64,000 bases of DNA, from contig NW_026515636.1 in the NCBI RefSeq assembly GCF_000738915.1, positions 459,175 to 523,174 of the forward strand, given 5' to 3'. Each line of letters begins with the position of its first letter. Position 1 is the stretch's first letter. Below are positions 60,858-64,000 of this stretch, piece by piece. A program made the translations under genes and the position numbers. The notes beneath the pieces were generated by a model. It had not been told where the DNA came from, ran no database searches, and saw only the letters and a list, made by a program, of their open reading frames with translations. Source of the stretch: Nematocida ausubeli (lineage: Eukaryota).

Positions 60858-63542
60858 TTAGCACAGACTCTTAAGGTCTTTTATCATCCGGTTAAGCTTA
60901 TTAATATCATTTTCATTTCTGCATATCTGGTCCTTCAGATTATTGAGCTTATTAATAACTTTCTCGAATGGAAGGGTTGATTCAACAAAAACAATCCATT
61001 TTTCTGAGATGTACTTAGTATCGCAGGCAATATAGAAGTTTCTCTTAATCAGCTCTATATTTGGATTTTCCTCTATGCAAAGATATACAGTGATTACATA
61101 TCTCATATATGCTATTAGCTCAGATTTTCTTTCACAAGGGGTTTGTAATATTTCTCTATTAATTATGTTGGAATATTCCATGTTTTCATCTCTGAATATA
61201 TATTTATAAATAACTCTATTTGCTGTTGAGTCTAGCAATGGGTGTAGATATATATCGTGTAAATTGATTAAAAGCTTCGTATGGTAGTTAATCCACCTTA
61301 TGAAAATATTTAAATCACAATCCATTATGTAATTGCAGAAGTATTTGTTGTTTGAGCGCATGCCCAGAGCATTACATCTTCTTCCTGACAATTTTATATT
61401 CGGGAAGTTGAGGTTACTACCATTTGTATTGTTCAGGCCTGCAAAAAAAATTGAGGGAAGCAGCAGCCATTGAGTATTCCAGTTTCCTAGTTCTGAGCTC
61501 CCTAATATGTTGGAGACAAGACGAATAACAGGATGTTCTGGATATAGATTTTTTTTCATGCTGTATATGATGAAACAGGAGACAAAGTCCCTCTTATACG
61601 TTAAATCATTCATCTTCTTGATCAGCAACAGGCTATTGATCTCTGCGTAGTTATTTTCTATGGTCTTGCGAATCTGAGTCTTCAAAAACTTTTCGTTATT
61701 CTTAGGCGTGTTAATCTTTCTTGCTTCATACCCAGCATATATAGAGAATAGATTTTCAATAAATGTCTTTCTATTTCTACAGATAATTTCCATTTCATTC
61801 ATTTTTTCTACTCGAATATCCTTAAATTCCATAGCAGCAGCCTTCTTATTAACAGTACTGTGTCTATTGGATATGCTTAATACTATCGTATTCTTAATTG
61901 AGCTGTGCTCAAATGTAATCGTAATATCTCCAGATATATCATATCTTCCACCATTACACTCCATGCTTCTAATCTTTGCAAACAATACTTGTACACCTTC
62001 TGTCTTAGATAGGCGTTTAAATAGCACTTCTGTGAACTTTTCAATTCTACCATGTAATTCATTTTTTAGTACTCCTTTCTGTTCCTTTAAGCTCTGTGCA
62101 AAGCCAAGTATTTTGTCTTTTTCTTCTCTAGGGGCATTTACTACTTCAGCAATAACCATGAGCATGTTTATAAGACCACAGTCTAACTCGTTCCTTCCCT
62201 TGCAGTATGCAATGCTAGGCTCATCTAGATCAGAAACAACTGTGCACCAATTCCTCTGGAACTTAGCCTTTGTTGTGTCAAATGACTTGTTCTCCTTTGG
62301 GGCAAAGAATTCTTCCAGACTGGAAGAGACATCTCCCATGTGGTCTGTCCGATATATTCCTTCTACAGGATCATATGCCATACAGCAGAAAAGAGAAAGA
62401 ATCATGCACTCTACGCAGTTGCTGTAGTCTTGCAAATAGTTAGTAGAAAATGAGTTTGTTTTTCGGCTGTACATAGGAACAGATATATATGCAGGAATCT
62501 GCGTGCTATCAGTAAATGGAAAGGCCTTCTGCATATTCATAATATGCTCTACCTCCCTCACTAAGGCAATGCAGTCAGAACCTGCTTCAGTCCCAGCTGA
62601 CTTAAACAGTCTGTCATACACAAAGTCATCTTTGCTTGGTGTCTCTGTCTTAGGTGCGTATTTCTCTGTCATTATGTGCACTGTCTGGATAAATTCTGTT
62701 GCACGCTCTGCACTCTCAATAAATCCAAATATGTACGACTGAATCAGAAACTTAAGACTATCCAAGAACTTCCCAGACATAACTTCTTCCTGTGAGCACT
62801 TGTCCTCCATCATTCTAAGTACTTCCTGATTGGCTGCATTCTCCTGGAAGAAGTTGATCAGTTGCTTAACCTTCTTCTGTTGGAATGTTTGTACTTTGTC
62901 TTCCACAGGGTTTAACCATGGAATAACCATGGGCACTTCAAAGTATATTTCATCTTTTCCATTTGTTTCATAGACCTTTAGTACGCTGTTAGTGACTTTA
63001 ATGGGAATATTCACTCCTTCTGAGAAAAGAAGCAGCATAGCCAGAATTTTTAAAGAGTGCTTCTCTGTGGTCTCTGCCCGAAGGAACTGAACAAAGGACT
63101 GGTTTCCTCGTGTCTCAATTGTTATGTCGCCATTGGGTGATGGAAACAGCTCAATCAGATGATTGTGGTATTTCTCAGTGTACACATCCATTTTATTAGT
63201 GGATTGTTGTGCTGTGTACGCCCTGTCCTTTTGTCTATTTCGGGTATATAAAGCATCTTCATAAATATCCAAAGTATATTCATTGTCCTCCACAAAGTAT
63301 TCTGTATTAATCTCCGGGGAAAAGAATCTTTTGTTATACATGCACTCTATCTTCTGGTAGATGAGTCCCCGTAGAAAGTTAAGAGGTCCTTCTGGGTTTA
63401 TTTTTATAGAAGAAGAATCCGTTGTAATTTCAAATTTCTGAGTTAACTCCACTTCATCCAATGTTATGTCTGCCCTGCAGATGCCCGTAAGCAGAATGCC
63501 AATTAAGGCAACTGCCTTGATCAAAATAATGAAAGAACCCAT
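60858..63542 (-). CDS. Nematocida-type large gene family protein with signal peptide
   Basis: Signal MGSFIILIKAVALIGILLTGICRA; INPEGPLNFLRGLI, YNKRFFSPEI, FLIQSYIFGFI, YSNCVECMILSLFCCMAYDP. Confidence 0.9.
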   Translation of the reverse strand: MGSFIILIKAVALIGILLTGICRADITLDEVELTQKFEITTDSSSIKINPEGPLNFLRGLIYQKIECMYNKRFFSPEINTEYFVEDNEYTLDIYEDALYTRNRQKDRAYTAQQSTNKMDVYTEKYHNHLIELFPSPNGDITIETRGNQSFVQFLRAETTEKHSLKILAMLLLFSEGVNIPIKVTNSVLKVYETNGKDEIYFEVPMVIPWLNPVEDKVQTFQQKKVKQLINFFQENAANQEVLRMMEDKCSQEEVMSGKFLDSLKFLIQSYIFGFIESAERATEFIQTVHIMTEKYAPKTETPSKDDFVYDRLFKSAGTEAGSDCIALVREVEHIMNMQKAFPFTDSTQIPAYISVPMYSRKTNSFSTNYLQDYSNCVECMILSLFCCMAYDPVEGIYRTDHMGDVSSSLEEFFAPKENKSFDTTKAKFQRNWCTVVSDLDEPSIAYCKGRNELDCGLINMLMVIAEVVNAPREEKDKILGFAQSLKEQKGVLKNELHGRIEKFTEVLFKRLSKTEGVQVLFAKIRSMECNGGRYDISGDITITFEHSSIKNTIVLSISNRHSTVNKKAAAMEFKDIRVEKMNEMEIICRNRKTFIENLFSIYAGYEARKINTPKNNEKFLKTQIRKTIENNYAEINSLLLIKKMNDLTYKRDFVSCFIIYSMKKNLYPEHPVIRLVSNILGSSELGNWNTQWLLLPSIFFAGLNNTNGSNLNFPNIKLSGRRCNALGMRSNNKYFCNYIMDCDLNIFIRWINYHTKLLINLHDIYLHPLLDSTANRVIYKYIFRDENMEYSNIINREILQTPCERKSELIAYMRYVITVYLCIEENPNIELIKRNFYIACDTKYISEKWIVFVESTLPFEKVINKLNNLKDQICRNENDINKLNRMIKDLKSLC

Positions 63543-64000
63543 TTTTAGAAATAAAATAAATCATTTTTCAATATATTAACAGATAGGTTCAGAAGAGTAT
63601 TTATAAATTATTTTCCATTGACTACTTGCATGTTCATTAGTAGTTTCCACTGAATAAAACCCAATATAATATGTATATTCTAGCCATAAGAAAGTGGTCT
63701 AGAATAAAGCATATTACCATCATCTTATTAGTGTGTATTTCTATGTCTACACTGCAATACAGCCATTCTGCTTAGTGGTTTGCTTTTTTATTCATTTTTA
63801 GTATTCGGTTTCTCTTCCCACTCTATAAAAGTCTTCTTGTTTTTTGGTTTTCTAAACTCATTCCAAGCTAGTTATACACTAAGGAGACCGTGGCTCAGAG
63901 TAAAGAACTAGAAGATTTATCACAAGATAAGTATGCCTCTTCAATGTGAAATTGTCTTAGTACACCTCTTGCATAGCATGCCATCTTACAGAAATTCACT

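Overview
Compact, intron-free eukaryotic genome segment that reads as a microsporidian, most likely the nematode parasite genus Nematocida. This is inferred from the very short intergenic gaps, the reduced and divergent core proteins, and three ~900-aa paralogues of the Nematocida-type large secreted gene family. Core genes: NOP1, MAK16, a LUC7-like protein, an exosome RNase PH subunit, TRM11, PMS1, a formin, TRA1, LSM4, RCL1, TIP20/RINT1, ISWI, a paladin-like triple phosphatase, an acyltransferase, tRNA-Glu(UUC) and a lone 5S rRNA. The accessory region (~10-26 kb) holds lineage-specific paralogues, an internally deleted Ty3/Gypsy element running into an assembly gap, and two dispersed repeat families. 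Most notable: (1) a signal-peptide-bearing, animal-like NAPE-PLD next to a lipid acyltransferase, a candidate host lipid-signalling manipulation module and possible host-derived gene; (2) a three-copy TG...CA repeat family, two copies with 5-bp target duplications (solo-LTR-like), showing codon-level conservation of a hidden reading frame; (3) a large-family effector ending in a polybasic tract plus CaaX; (4) a possible Cys/His catalytic pair in that family; (5) a LUC7-like U1 factor. All calls come from motif reading by eye; no searches were run.
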